64,000 nt of DNA from an uncultured delta proteobacterium (GCA_963817385.1 CAWFOM010000006.1:192001-256000), one strand, 5' to 3'. Counted from the first letter of the stretch, positions 1-10,746 are shown. Numbers and translations are program-made. The notes: a model not told the origin generated them from the sequence alone.

Positions 1-672
1 ATAGATCTTCGGGACGATCGCCTCTTTCATATTCTTCAAGCCCTGGATACGGTGGTCCAATGTGGGTTCGATAGCGACGATTTTGATCGACGGCTTTTTC
101 TCCTTGAAAAATCGGGAACAGCCCATGAGCGTGCCGGTCGTACCCATCCCGGCGACAAAGAGATCGACCTCGCCGTTTGTCTGCTCAAGGATCTCCGGCC
201 CGGTCGTATGGTAATGGGCCAGGGAGTTGCAGGGGTTATCGAACTGATTGGGCATGAAGTACACATCCCCCTGATGTTCCATGATATGGTGCGCCCGTCG
301 GATGGCGCCGTCGGTGCGGTCGCTCCCCGGGGTCAGCTCCAGTTCCGCCCCGAGGGCCTGCAAAACGGCCTGTCGCTCCTGGCTCACGCATGTCGGCATC
401 GTGAGCTTTATTTTAAACCCCATGGCCGCCGCGACCATCGCCATCCCAATGCCCGTGTTTCCGGAAGTGGGCTCCAGGATCGTCTTTCCCGGGACCAGCT
501 TTCCGGAATCGACGGCATCCTTGAGCATGTAGTAAGCCGGACGGTCTTTGACCGAACCGCCCGGGTTGGAACCCTCCAGCTTCGCCATGATTCGCACGCC
601 GGTTTTCTTGGAGTCCCAAAGATTGACGATCTCCACCAGAGGGGTGTTTCCGATCGCATTCAATACGCTCAT
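1..672 (-). CDS. cysM: Cysteine synthase (O-acetylserine sulfhydrylase, CysM-like), 3' end runs off the window
   Basis: Not in the ORF track; translated by hand from ATG at 672 (AGGAG RBS): MSVLNAIGNTPLV...AKLEGSNPGGSVKDR (PLP lysine), EPTSGNTG, GMGTTGT, IQGLKNM. Confidence 0.9.
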   Translation of the reverse strand, partial: MSVLNAIGNTPLVEIVNLWDSKKTGVRIMAKLEGSNPGGSVKDRPAYYMLKDAVDSGKLVPGKTILEPTSGNTGIGMAMVAAAMGFKIKLTMPTCVSQERQAVLQALGAELELTPGSDRTDGAIRRAHHIMEHQGDVYFMPNQFDNPCNSLAHYHTTGPEILEQTNGEVDLFVAGMGTTGTLMGCSRFFKEKKPSIKIVAIEPTLDHRIQGLKNMKEAIVPKIY

Positions 673-740
673 TGTTGTTCTCCTATGATTTCCAAGGGGT
701 ATGTATTATTCCGAGAGCTTGATCTGTTTATCGTGGCTTA

Positions 741-1250
741 TTATTCCAACGGGTTGACGGTAATTTTTATTTTGATGACCGCCGGGACAATAATATCAAC
801 GCCGGAACCGCTCCCTGCCGCCCAGAGACTTAATCTCCCGCCGACCAAAAGATTTTCAAGAAACGCCTTGTTTATCCATTCTACATACGTTTCTCCGCGG
901 GTTTCGCCGGCGGCAAAACTGACGGTCCGGGCTACTTTTGTTGCGCTGGAAAAGGCGCTGCCATAGCTGCCGGCGTAAAGATCACCCGTTCCTTCGCCAC
1001 CGGTATTTGAGGTTATGGTGTACAGGATATAATCTATGCTGATGCTTCGTATTTTGTTTTTATATCTCCGGTAATCGTCATTATCTTCAAGGTTTATGTC
1101 ATACGAGAGTGTTTCCGTGTTGCCGTGGATGGTAAAGATGTGATGGTAAGTGATGTCAAACGTTATGTCTATCGCATCCTTGATATCGCCGCATCCACTG
1201 ATTAACCCAAATACGCAGATTGCCGCCAAAACCGGACGAATTTTTTTCAT
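741..1250 (-). CDS. Hypothetical lipoprotein
   Basis: MKKIRPVLAAICVFGLISGC lipobox; no recognisable family. Confidence 0.7.
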   Translation of the reverse strand: MKKIRPVLAAICVFGLISGCGDIKDAIDITFDITYHHIFTIHGNTETLSYDINLEDNDDYRRYKNKIRSISIDYILYTITSNTGGEGTGDLYAGSYGSAFSSATKVARTVSFAAGETRGETYVEWINKAFLENLLVGGRLSLWAAGSGSGVDIIVPAVIKIKITVNPLE

Positions 1251-1423
1251 ACAGGTATCCTTTCGAAGAAGTATGGATATGACGTATATCCTCATGCCCG
1301 CAATATTCCACAAGACCCCTTATGGAGAAATATTATCATCCAAACTTTCCTGAAGTCTCCGGGGAATGAGGGCTTCAGGAACGCATCTATGAGGGAGCAA
1401 GAACAAAGGAATCACTCCGGGGC

Positions 1424-2062
1424 TCACTCATACTGCACGGTCAAAAAAGGCGTAGTCACGCTGACGCTCGGCAGGTCCGTGATCCCGACAAACCCGATGT
1501 CCGAAATAGAGAAATCGAGGAGGAAACGTACCTGGAAGTCGGACAGCTTCAGCCGTTTTGCCTCCCGCATGAGCGGGGTGACGTCGATAGTGACGTGCTT
1601 CCCCTGATCCGAGCGGAAGAAATTCAGCCGTTGGAACACGAGTGGGGGAGAGTTGAAATCCTGCTGCATGAGCCCGGAGACGGGATAGGAAACGAGGTCG
1701 AGCAAGGTCGGAACCGTAGCCGCGAAGCTCACCTCGTTGAGGAACAACTCCAGCGTGGCGGAAACGATCACGGCGTCGGCAGGGACGATATCCCCCCCGG
1801 TCGATCCGTCGAGGGGAAAATCCAGGAAGGCGCGGTATTCGGGGAGATTGGGAGCCGAATCGTCGATGCCGAAAAACAGAGTTTGCGGCCCGTTGGCGAT
1901 GGTGAAGGTTTTCTTGACAGGGTCGAATGCGATATCCCCGTCGGCCGGCTGGTCGCTGAAGATCTCTGCGACAAAGATGGTCCGGGAGCCATCTCCTCCG
2001 CCGCAGGCGGCGATGAAGATCATGACGGCCGCAATGACACATAGCGTTAGGAGCTTTTTCAT
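1424..2062 (-). CDS. Hypothetical lipoprotein
   Basis: AGGAGG RBS; MKKLLTLCVIAAVMIFIAACGGG lipobox. Confidence 0.75.
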   Translation of the reverse strand: MKKLLTLCVIAAVMIFIAACGGGDGSRTIFVAEIFSDQPADGDIAFDPVKKTFTIANGPQTLFFGIDDSAPNLPEYRAFLDFPLDGSTGGDIVPADAVIVSATLELFLNEVSFAATVPTLLDLVSYPVSGLMQQDFNSPPLVFQRLNFFRSDQGKHVTIDVTPLMREAKRLKLSDFQVRFLLDFSISDIGFVGITDLPSVSVTTPFLTVQYE

Positions 2063-2176
2063 GGTGTTCCTCCTTGGTTTTCCAAAAGTCTTAAAGCGTA
2101 TCTGCGACTCTTCAATCCTGCCGCCGTCACTGGAGGCTTCCGGCGGACATCTCCCGCAGATGCAAGCGTCGGCTGC

Positions 2177-2488
2177 CTACCGCCACTCGGCATCTGTCGG
2201 GTGAACATTCGTCGTTGAATGCCGCACAATCTTCCCGTCCAAGCCGTACTCGATGAACTTGGCCCACTTGGCGAAGTGCGGCATCTCCCGGTGGGCCAGC
2301 CGCGCGGCTTCATCCTTGTAGACCTCGTAGAAGTGGAACTTCAGCGGGTCATCGGTATCGCGCAGCACGTCGAAACGCAGGCATCCGGGCTCGTCGCCCT
2401 CCGAGTGCACCGCATCGTACTTGATGACCTCGAGAAACTCGTCAAGCGCCGACGGCTTGACATGGACTTCGATAAGCATGCAGATCAT
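2177..2488 (-). CDS. ABM-domain protein (LsrG / putative quinol monooxygenase family)
   Basis: DEPGCLRFDV, FYEVYKDEAA.LAH..PHF motifs; AGGAGG RBS. Confidence 0.85.
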   Translation of the reverse strand: MICMLIEVHVKPSALDEFLEVIKYDAVHSEGDEPGCLRFDVLRDTDDPLKFHFYEVYKDEAARLAHREMPHFAKWAKFIEYGLDGKIVRHSTTNVHPTDAEWR

Positions 2489-2510
2489 GGCTATTCATCC
2501 TCCTGACTTT

Positions 2511-3173
2511 CTACTCATACCGATGCGTAAACTCATCCGGTTTTTGCTTGATGCTGCGGTATGCATTCACTACGGCCTTCTCGTCCGGGTAACCCAGGGA
2601 TATGCAGACAACCAGCTTTTTGTTCTCTGCAACGCCGAGGGATTGTTTTATCTCCCGTGCGTAGTTGGTAACCGAGGCCTGCAGGCAGCTCTCCACGCCG
2701 AGCGAATGCGCCGCCAGAATCAGGTTCTGGCTGAACAGCCCCATGTCGAAGATCGACCACTCTCCCAGCGACCCGTCCATAAAAAGAAAGACGGCACACG
2801 GCGCTCCATAGAACTCAAAATTCCTCAGACGTAATTTTTCTCTCCCCTCTGCATCATCCCTCGCCAATCCGAGCGCGTTGAGCCTGCGGGCGCCATGCTC
2901 CCGGGAGCGTTCATCCATGGCTGCCGGCCAGCCCTTGGGTATGGGCAGGTCGGCACTGGTCGGTGCCTTTACCTTCGCCAGGTTCAGCAGTTTCTCCGCC
3001 AATTCATTCTTCTTTTTACCGCTTACGACCACTACCTCCCAAGGTTGCGTGTTGGTATAGGAGGGGCTGGCACTCCCCGCCTGCAATATCTTATTCATGA
3101 CATCGCCGGGTAGGGGATCGGGCTTGAACGAGCGAATGCTTCTCCTCGTCTCGATAACGTTAAAGATTTCCAT
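2511..3173 (-). CDS. Nitroreductase family protein
   Basis: RRSIRSF, SPSYTNTQPW, LAAHSLGVESC, ISLGYPD motifs. Confidence 0.92.
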   Translation of the reverse strand: MEIFNVIETRRSIRSFKPDPLPGDVMNKILQAGSASPSYTNTQPWEVVVVSGKKKNELAEKLLNLAKVKAPTSADLPIPKGWPAAMDERSREHGARRLNALGLARDDAEGREKLRLRNFEFYGAPCAVFLFMDGSLGEWSIFDMGLFSQNLILAAHSLGVESCLQASVTNYAREIKQSLGVAENKKLVVCISLGYPDEKAVVNAYRSIKQKPDEFTHRYE

Positions 3174-3445
3174 CGGTATTACCTCCAGTACGTTCAAAAA
3201 TGTAAAATGTGTCGACGTCGGTTTTCATTTGGATAATCATGCGATCTTCTTTCCTCAACTGAAATCAGCATACGTTGTAATCTTGCATACTCTTCAAAAT
3301 TCGTCAATTACCGAATTCACGCGTCAATGGCGGTAGAAGATCTTTTACCGTGAAAACGATTTTACCTAACTTATTGCTGAGTAATCCGGCGGTTCTGCGG
3401 GATTACTTGGGAGATCGTGTCCGGACGAACGATATCACCGGGTGT

Positions 3446-4456
3446 TCATGGTGTATCCGCCGTCGGGGAAGCCTGCCCGGCAGGGGAGACGACGACAGCG
3501 GCGGCGGGGTCCCCGAAATTTTCCTTGGCCCATTGAACCCGTGATGCCGCAGTGAGGAAAACGGCGGGCGGGGCGTTGTCGGTTTTATCGAGGCGGAGCC
3601 GCAGTCCGCTCCGGTTTGCCATCTGGATCCCCAAACCGGGGCGGGCGTTCAACTCCAGGAGGACCGGCCCTCTCTCCCTGTCCAGAACAAAATCTGCGCC
3701 GAGGTAGCCGAGGCCCGTCATTTCCGTCGCCCTGGCGGCCATCAGGAGGAGCTCATCCCAATGGGGCAGGTGAATGCCGCTTACGGGACTCCCCGTGTCC
3801 GGGTGTTTCCCGACGATACGCGACTTGTGGACGGCCGTCATGGTGGTGCCGCTGGCGATGTCGATCCCCGCCCCGATCGCCCCCCGGTGGAGGTTCGCCT
3901 TGCCGTCCGAGGCCTTGGTGGGAAGCCGCACCATCGCCATGACGGGCACGCCCCGGTAAACGATGATCCGCTCATCCGGCACCCCTTCCTGATAGGTGAT
4001 GCTGCTGAAAATCGGATCCGGATGGATGAGCGCCTCGATGATCGCCATGTCCTCCTTTCCCTCCAGGGAGTAGATTCCGGAAAGGATGGACGCGATATGG
4101 TAGCCGAACTCCTCCTCTGAGATGATTTTGCCGCTTTGGGTGACGAATCCCGCGTCCGTCCTGCCTTTGATCAGAATGATGCCGCTGCCGCCGGAGCCCC
4201 TGGCCGGCTTGACGACAAACTCCCGCAGATTCTCCAAGACGCCGGGGAGTCTCGCGATGCTCCCGTGATCCTCAACGACATAATAGAGTTCAGGGATGGG
4301 AATGCCGAACTTCTCCGCGAGCCTCTTGGTCTGCACCTTGTCGTCCACCAGGGGGTAGGCGGAGCGCGCGTTGTGCGCCATGATGTATCCGGCGTTGCGG
4401 AAATTCATGCCGAGCACCCCGGCTTCGCCGAGTCTCCGGAAGCCGTCAAGCATCAT
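3446..4456 (-). CDS. RimK-like ATP-grasp alpha-L-glutamate ligase-related protein
   Basis: GMNFRN...YPLVDDK, FVVKPARGSGG, ANLHRGA, LELNARPGL; true start near 4456, overlapping the upstream stop. Confidence 0.9.
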   Translation of the reverse strand: MMLDGFRRLGEAGVLGMNFRNAGYIMAHNARSAYPLVDDKVQTKRLAEKFGIPIPELYYVVEDHGSIARLPGVLENLREFVVKPARGSGGSGIILIKGRTDAGFVTQSGKIISEEEFGYHIASILSGIYSLEGKEDMAIIEALIHPDPIFSSITYQEGVPDERIIVYRGVPVMAMVRLPTKASDGKANLHRGAIGAGIDIASGTTMTAVHKSRIVGKHPDTGSPVSGIHLPHWDELLLMAARATEMTGLGYLGADFVLDRERGPVLLELNARPGLGIQMANRSGLRLRLDKTDNAPPAVFLTAASRVQWAKENFGDPAAAVVVSPAGQASPTADTP

Positions 4457-5982
4457 GACGATCCTCCGAGTCTCCGGAAGCGGTACAGCTCGGAGAGCCG
4501 GTACCCCGTGTAGCGGCCCACAAGAATCTGCAGTGCGGCCACCGTCAGGATCAGCTCCGGATAGACAAAAAAGGTGAGCTGCAGCGGCTCCCAGCTGATG
4601 ATCCGATAGGCGATGACGGCAACCGCGACGCTCCCGGCGGCCGTGAGCAGCGCCTCCCTGCCACCCGACTCCTCGATGATGATGAAGAACCGCTCGATGG
4701 TCATGGTGAGGATGACGAACGGAATGAGGCCTACCGCCATCATCTCCCGCACGCCCAGCTTGTTTCCCACGAGGGCGAGCACGGTGAAGCAGGCGATCAC
4801 CAGGGTCAGGATGACGGAGAGGCGGGGGACCAGGAGGAGATGGAGCTTGTCCAGAAGGGACCTCATCACATAACCGATCAGGAGAACGCCGCTGAAGATG
4901 GCGACGCCGTAGAGGGTGCCGGTGCTCCTGAATGCCAGGGCGATGAGGAGCGGCATGAAGATCCCGAAGGTCGGCAATCCCACGACGTTGCGCAGGAGGG
5001 AGATGATCAGCGCCCCGATCGGCACCAAAAGGAGGATACGAAACGTCCCCTGAAACTCCGGCGGCAACTGTAACAGCGACCACCGATCGAGAAAGTGGGG
5101 GGAGCGGGCGATGCGCTCGTAGAGGAGCTTCCACTGACTCATGACCTGTCGGCTCATCGTCCAACGGATATCGGACAATTCCGCCCCCGTGGCCCGGGCG
5201 GCGGGCAGGCTGCCCACCGCCAGGGGGAGGAGCGCCGCCGATGACGGATAGACCTCTCCCGTTTCGGGATTCAGATTGCTCCACTCCCGGCCGATCCAGA
5301 CTTCGATCCACTTCGTCGGCAGGGACTGTACCTCCTCCGCCAACCTGAGCCCTTCCACGGCCCGGGCCGGAAGGTCGGAGGCCCGAAAGAGGGCAAGAGC
5401 CGCGTCCGTGCGATCGTGTGTCCGGTGGATAACCTGCCACTGTCGAAGTGCGGCATCGGTGGGGGAGACATCATCCGGTCGGCTCCGCAACGCCGAGGCG
5501 GCCGCCTGAAACCGCTTCTGCGGTGAAAGAGCTTGCCATTGGCGGCTGACCTCTTCAGCTATCTGTTGTTCCTTACTGCCGATGGAGGGCGGGTAGGGAG
5601 ACAACAGGGGGGATTGGGTGGCGGCGCTGCGGCCGGGACGGGAGTGGATCGTCGCCCGGTAGGTGATTGCCTCGGGACTGTTTACCCCCGATCCCGACCA
5701 AACGCCGACCCGGTTCGGCCCCTGTTTCAGGATGTCGAACGTATACGCGCCGGAAACAACGCGTTCCTCGACAACCATATTTCCGGTGTGCTCCGCGGGA
5801 AGGACCAGGTAGAGGGCACACTCCTCGTCTTCGGGTGTTACATACGCAGTGATGAGAAGCTGCCATGTCCGGCCGGCGGCCAGGGGCAGAACCGGATATC
5901 CGAGCCAGACGATACGGTAGAGTATGAGTGCGGCTGTCGCAAGGACGAGGGAAGCGGTCAGCAGGAAGACCGGGCGTCTCAC
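4453..5982 (-). CDS. Inactive-transglutaminase 7TM membrane protein (RimK-like operon)
   Basis: C-terminal 7TM region with LRNVVGLPTFGIFMP, FVILTMTIER, GRYTGYRLSEL; GTG start overlaps the peptidase stop. Confidence 0.85.
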   Translation of the reverse strand: MRRPVFLLTASLVLATAALILYRIVWLGYPVLPLAAGRTWQLLITAYVTPEDEECALYLVLPAEHTGNMVVEERVVSGAYTFDILKQGPNRVGVWSGSGVNSPEAITYRATIHSRPGRSAATQSPLLSPYPPSIGSKEQQIAEEVSRQWQALSPQKRFQAAASALRSRPDDVSPTDAALRQWQVIHRTHDRTDAALALFRASDLPARAVEGLRLAEEVQSLPTKWIEVWIGREWSNLNPETGEVYPSSAALLPLAVGSLPAARATGAELSDIRWTMSRQVMSQWKLLYERIARSPHFLDRWSLLQLPPEFQGTFRILLLVPIGALIISLLRNVVGLPTFGIFMPLLIALAFRSTGTLYGVAIFSGVLLIGYVMRSLLDKLHLLLVPRLSVILTLVIACFTVLALVGNKLGVREMMAVGLIPFVILTMTIERFFIIIEESGGREALLTAAGSVAVAVIAYRIISWEPLQLTFFVYPELILTVAALQILVGRYTGYRLSELYRFRRLGGSS

Positions 5983-6569
5983 CGCGGAGCGACCTCGGGG
6001 CAAGACGGCTGCGTGCAGTATGAACCGCTGCACTCGACGACAAAATCATGCATAAGGGTATTCCTCCCGATGAGGATGGGATACTTGACGTTGGAGCGGT
6101 CATTGAGATTCACCCGGGTCCGGATACGCTTCGGTCCGATGCAGAACTCCACCATCACGACCGGCCGTCGGTCTTTTGCCTCGGCGCTTTTGACGGTTTT
6201 CACCTTCAAGAGCGGCAGACGAATTTTGCGTCCCCCGTATTGCGGCGGCAGATTGAACTCGACCTCGTTCCCCTTGATGGCGATGTTCCTTGCGTCGAGG
6301 GAGGATGTGGCCGCCCCTGTATCGATACGGGCAGGCATAATCACCCCCCAGGGGAGAAGAGCGACATTCTCCACGCCGCCAAGACTGACTTTCTCTTTCG
6401 CCTCCGCCGGCGCAACCCCCGGACCGATGAGGAATATCGCCGACAAGAGCGCCGCCTTCATGATCATTCTCCCGAAAACGGGCATGCCGGTGTTTGGCTG
6501 CGGAAAATTCCCCTGCGCCGGCGGTGCGCCGCCGGTACGGATCTTTCTTCCTGAGAGAGGAGAGAACAT
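5979..6569 (-). CDS. RimK-associated retropepsin-like protein (putative ATP-dependent zinc protease family), secreted
   Basis: ARIDTGAATSSL and L.DRS...YPILIGRN motifs; start at 6569 or 6461. Confidence 0.88.
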   Translation of the reverse strand: MFSPLSGRKIRTGGAPPAQGNFPQPNTGMPVFGRMIMKAALLSAIFLIGPGVAPAEAKEKVSLGGVENVALLPWGVIMPARIDTGAATSSLDARNIAIKGNEVEFNLPPQYGGRKIRLPLLKVKTVKSAEAKDRRPVVMVEFCIGPKRIRTRVNLNDRSNVKYPILIGRNTLMHDFVVECSGSYCTQPSCPEVAPR

Positions 6570-6627
6570 CGGCAATCTCCTGAACTGTGAATGTGAAGCG
6601 AATCTTCCGGAAACCCTTCGCCGGGCA

Positions 6628-7008
6628 TTAGGGTTTATGTTTATCCGCGGTCAATGCCTTGAGTTTTTTCCGGAAGAAAACCTCAGCGTTTACGGTCGTG
6701 CCGTCGGCAAACCGGATGCGGTATTTTTCCCCCGAAAGCGAAGATTGACTGCCGCAGAGCCTGATGAAGTCATCCGCCGTCTTTACCCGGTCGCCCGCGG
6801 TCCTGAGCTTGAGGCGCAGGTGGTCCGCCGCCGCCCGGGCATTATACTCCTGCCCGTTCCTGATAAATTTCGCCCCCTCCAGGGTTTCGACCGCGTCGAT
6901 CAGAGCGTCGATTTTGGCCGCTTCCCGGGGGTCCCGGCCGTACGCATTACCCGCCATCAGCGAAAGAAGCACCATGACCCATATCGGAATGATTCTCGTC
7001 ATGCTCAT
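6628..7008 (-). CDS. DUF5329-like secreted protein
   Basis: Signal peptide then FIRNG.EY....AADHLR.K...TADDFI...S.SSLSGEKY. Confidence 0.75.
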   Translation of the reverse strand: MSMTRIIPIWVMVLLSLMAGNAYGRDPREAAKIDALIDAVETLEGAKFIRNGQEYNARAAADHLRLKLRTAGDRVKTADDFIRLCGSQSSLSGEKYRIRFADGTTVNAEVFFRKKLKALTADKHKP

Positions 7009-8276
7009 TAATTGAAGCTTTCCGCCGCCAGGAGCGGAGAATTTTCGCTCCTTATCGGGAAGAGTCCTTTTTGTTTTTGCTCGCTTACCCCGCGGCACGC
7101 CGCAGTGTGGGCGGTCGCCGGCGTATTCAGGCATATCGCTTCACGGCCCTCCGGACGGCGGACTTCGACTATGCGGGCATCGAGTTCGATGACCCGACCC
7201 GGGGTCGGGGCGATGAACGCCTCGGGCGGAAGGTCCCGGTTCTTCAAGGCCGCGGCCAGTTCGCTCACCGCGTCGTCAAATCCGTCGAATCCCAGTTGAA
7301 ACACCTGGAAGTGGGCGGCGATGCTGACTTGTGCGCCAAGATCCGTGTGGGCCTTAACAGCCTCCGCCGGTCCCATGTGGACGCGGGGATAATACCCCAT
7401 CGACGGGGTGTTCGACTGCTGCGGCCGGAAGGGTGATATCGGCAGGAGCGCCGCCCGGATCGGCGAGAAGCGGCGCGCGATCTCGCGGAAATGGGGGCCG
7501 TATCCCGTATCCCCGGCGTAGAAAACGTTTCCCGACGGTCCGGAGACGACAAAACCTCCCCACAGGGTTTTATTGCGGTCCAATAGCGTGCGGGAGGAAA
7601 AATGCTGTGCCGGAACCATGGTAACCGTGACGGCCGGGGAGAGGCGGACCGACTGCCACCAGTCGAGCTCCTCGGTCTGGGGAATGCCCGTTTCCCGGAT
7701 GAGATCGAGGTTGCCGAGCGGTACGATTGCGCGCGGGGTTCCCGCTTCCGCGAGGCGCCCGAGCGTGGGAAGATCGAAATGATCGTAGTGGTTGTGGGAG
7801 ACCAGGACGGCATCAATGGGCGGCAGCTCTTCAAAGCGGATACCCGCCTCCCGCCGCCGCCGGGGACCGGCCCACGGCACCGGGCTGCAGCGTTCGGACC
7901 AGATGGGGTCGGTCAGGATGTTGAGGCCGTCCATTTGAATGAGAAACGTTCCGTGGCCGATGGGGGTGATGGCGAGTTTTCCGTTCGGGACACGGGTCGC
8001 CGGAGCGGGCCCGGGTCCGGGATCCTCGATTTCCGGCCAATCGGGCCGGTCGATGCCGAAAATCCAGCCCAGAATCCACCGTGTGCGGCCTCGCGGCTCC
8101 TGGCCCGGCGGAGGAGGTTGAGCGGTGCCGGGGTTGAAGTAAAGGTCCCCGTCGAAATGATCCGATATCTGCTGCCCATTTACGGCAGGGGCGATCGATT
8201 CCACTCCACCTGCGGGGAGCGGCAGAAAGCTCACCAGGAACAGAAGATAAATGAATATGCGCAGAGATATGGTCAT
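7008..8276 (-). CDS. MBL-fold metallo-hydrolase (NAPE-PLD/RomA-like), signal peptide
   Basis: ILTDPIWSER, SHNHYDH, AQHFS, YAGDTGY motifs. Confidence 0.9.
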   Translation of the reverse strand: MTISLRIFIYLLFLVSFLPLPAGGVESIAPAVNGQQISDHFDGDLYFNPGTAQPPPPGQEPRGRTRWILGWIFGIDRPDWPEIEDPGPGPAPATRVPNGKLAITPIGHGTFLIQMDGLNILTDPIWSERCSPVPWAGPRRRREAGIRFEELPPIDAVLVSHNHYDHFDLPTLGRLAEAGTPRAIVPLGNLDLIRETGIPQTEELDWWQSVRLSPAVTVTMVPAQHFSSRTLLDRNKTLWGGFVVSGPSGNVFYAGDTGYGPHFREIARRFSPIRAALLPISPFRPQQSNTPSMGYYPRVHMGPAEAVKAHTDLGAQVSIAAHFQVFQLGFDGFDDAVSELAAALKNRDLPPEAFIAPTPGRVIELDARIVEVRRPEGREAICLNTPATAHTAACRGVSEQKQKGLFPIRSENSPLLAAESFN

Positions 8277-8487
8277 TATGCGGTTCGTGACTCCTTCCGA
8301 CCATGCATGGTCGTCTCAAATACCCCGGCGCTGCCGGGTTTCTGATATCTATGACCTCATTGATATATAGAGACGATGTTTGCGTGTCAAGATAATCCGG
8401 CGATAAGCTGATTTCCCTTGCCAAAAGCCGCGCCTTGCAAGTAAAATAACAGCCCGGACAGGCGATCATCCGTTTCGGGAGGGGGCA

Positions 8488-9537
8488 ATGACGTGCGGGT
8501 TTTTGGAAACTACGGCGGCGGTCAGTAAAAAACTCTACCAGTTCCTCTTTCGTCTCCTCGTCCTGATAACGCTCGTTCCCTCCTCCTCACTGCTCTATGC
8601 CTTCGATATTGCCCCCTTTTATTCGACGAACCAGAGTCCCCTCGTCCAGATATACGGACTCCCTTCGGCGGGCAGCGCAATTGTGCTTCCTCAGGGCCGG
8701 AAAGAGTTTCGCGCGACGCTCGATCATGCAAGCAACTATGTGGATGATGCAACCGCCCGGGAAACGATCCTGCTCGATGGAGAGACTACCCGCCTGACAC
8801 TTGGCGGTCGATACGGGCTGTCGAAGGATGTGGAATTGGGGGTCGCGATCCCCGCCCTTATCCACGGCGGCGGGTTCCTCGACGGCTTCATCATCAATTA
8901 TCATGATTGGTTCGGCTTTCCCCAAGGCGGACGCGATCAGGCGCCCCGTAACCGCCTGCTCTACCGTTACACCCGTGACGGTATGGAGAAGCTGAAGATG
9001 GACAGTTCCGGGAGCGGCCTTGGCGACATCAGCCTGATGGCCGGTTATCAGCTTTACCACGATGCGAATCAATACCCGCGGGCGGTGGCGCTCAGGGCAA
9101 GCGTCAAGCTGCCGACGGGTGACCGCGCCTCTTTGAACGGCAGCGGCAGTACGGATGCTTCGGTATGGATCACCGCCGGCGATGATTATCGGCTTCCCCT
9201 CGGTCACGCAACCCTTTACGCGGCAGGGGGATTGATGGTGATGACAAAGGGCGATGTCCTGCCGGACCAGCAGCGTGATCATGTCGGGTTTGGCACGATC
9301 GGGGTCGGTTGGAATCCGCTCTCCTGGATCGCGTTCAAGGTTCAGATGGATGCCCATACCCCGTTCTACCGGGACAGCGACCTAAAGCCATTGGCAACAA
9401 ATGCCGTACAATTGCTGATCGGGGGGACGCTGGGACTTTCGGAGCGAACCACTCTGGATATTGCCATTTCCGAGGATATCGCAACGACGACCTCGCCGGA
9501 TGTGGTATTTCACTTCAATCTCAGCACATGGTTTTAG
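8488..9537 (+). CDS. DUF3187-like outer-membrane beta-barrel protein
   Basis: Signal peptide, NQSPL...YGLP, GGFLDGFI..YH..FG.P motif, C-terminal Phe. Confidence 0.7.
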   Translation: MTCGFLETTAAVSKKLYQFLFRLLVLITLVPSSSLLYAFDIAPFYSTNQSPLVQIYGLPSAGSAIVLPQGRKEFRATLDHASNYVDDATARETILLDGETTRLTLGGRYGLSKDVELGVAIPALIHGGGFLDGFIINYHDWFGFPQGGRDQAPRNRLLYRYTRDGMEKLKMDSSGSGLGDISLMAGYQLYHDANQYPRAVALRASVKLPTGDRASLNGSGSTDASVWITAGDDYRLPLGHATLYAAGGLMVMTKGDVLPDQQRDHVGFGTIGVGWNPLSWIAFKVQMDAHTPFYRDSDLKPLATNAVQLLIGGTLGLSERTTLDIAISEDIATTTSPDVVFHFNLSTWF

Positions 9538-9680
9538 ACGCCGCACCGCCGGCGATGCCGGAGGTGCGCACGGAGGGGCCGGCCATTTTTTCTCGTGAGA
9601 ACCGACGCACCTGAGACGAAAACAGGTCGCATGGCGCTGCGGCAGGGCCGGCGGTATACCTTTAACCAGGAAATAAATCC

Positions 9681-10727
9681 ATGAAACAAATCGAATTGCT
9701 GCTCGCCCGGAAAGAGGAGACGGTACTCAACGTCTTTAAGCTCAAGTCAATGGTCCGGGAGAATGACACCCTTGCAATCCTTATGTATGGCAGTCCCGAT
9801 CCGGACGCCGTCGCATCGGCAATGGCGCTCCGCGAGATCCTCACGCAGACGCAGCCGTTGGCAAAGTGCGTCTTTGTCGCCACGGATCCCGTAATCCGGT
9901 ACCAGAACGCCGAGTTCATCCGGGAGATGAAGGTGGAGATTCAGATGCTCGACAAGGTTGACCTCAAGGAATTCCGCCTGATTGCCATCGTCGATGCCCA
10001 GCCGACCTTCTTCGGCGATCTCCTCGGGGAGACGAAACCCCAGATCGTCCTCGACCATCACCCCTGCAAGACGGTCTGGCATGCCTCCCTCGCCGATGTC
10101 CGGCCGAATTACGGGGCGCTCTCAACGATCATGACGGAGTACCTCCTCGCTGCGCGGGCGAAGATCCCCAAGCGGCTTTACACGGCCCTCCTCTACGGGA
10201 TCAGGAGCGACACCGTCAACTTCGAACGCGACGCCAGCCTTGAGGACATCGGCGCCTATTACCTGAACTTCCTCCGGGCCAACCGGCAGCTGATCCGGCG
10301 CATCGAGCTCAATCAGATCCCCGAGAAGTTTCTCAAGTACTTTGAGTATGCGTACCAGCATAAACGGCGTTATCGCGACCGGGTGATCTGTTATCTCGGT
10401 CCGGTCGAGAGTGCGGACGCGTGCGTCCAGGTGGCCGATTTCTTCCTGCGGATCATCAATATCTTCTATGTGATCATCGCCGGGATTGTGAAGGACCGGC
10501 TGGTCATCATCTTTCGGGGGGACGGCTACCGCCAGGACTGCGGCGCCATCGCCAGAAAGGCGTTCGGCCAGTTCGGTACGGCGGGCGGCCACCGGAGCGC
10601 GGCGCGCGTGGAGATCCCCCTGGATACGCTCAAGACCGCCCTGGACGGCGACATCTCCCAGGAGGCGATGGACCGGTTCCTCGTTCAGCGGCTCCGTCGC
10701 AGGAAAGAGCCGGAGGTGAAGATATAG
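9681..10727 (+). CDS. DHH/DHHA1 phosphoesterase (NrnA-like)
   Basis: PDPDA, VD, DHH, GIRSDT, GGHRSAA motifs. Confidence 0.9.
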   Translation: MKQIELLLARKEETVLNVFKLKSMVRENDTLAILMYGSPDPDAVASAMALREILTQTQPLAKCVFVATDPVIRYQNAEFIREMKVEIQMLDKVDLKEFRLIAIVDAQPTFFGDLLGETKPQIVLDHHPCKTVWHASLADVRPNYGALSTIMTEYLLAARAKIPKRLYTALLYGIRSDTVNFERDASLEDIGAYYLNFLRANRQLIRRIELNQIPEKFLKYFEYAYQHKRRYRDRVICYLGPVESADACVQVADFFLRIINIFYVIIAGIVKDRLVIIFRGDGYRQDCGAIARKAFGQFGTAGGHRSAARVEIPLDTLKTALDGDISQEAMDRFLVQRLRRRKEPEVKI

Positions 10728-10746
10728 CGTGACGGTGATGAGTAGT

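Noticed and set aside
52..966. 304-aa + strand ORF
   Set aside because: Antisense to cysM and the lipoprotein gene.
4457..5440. N-terminal 330 aa of the 664-aa ORF 3446-5440
   Set aside because: Alternative frame of the 7TM gene; the ATP-grasp protein starts near 4456.
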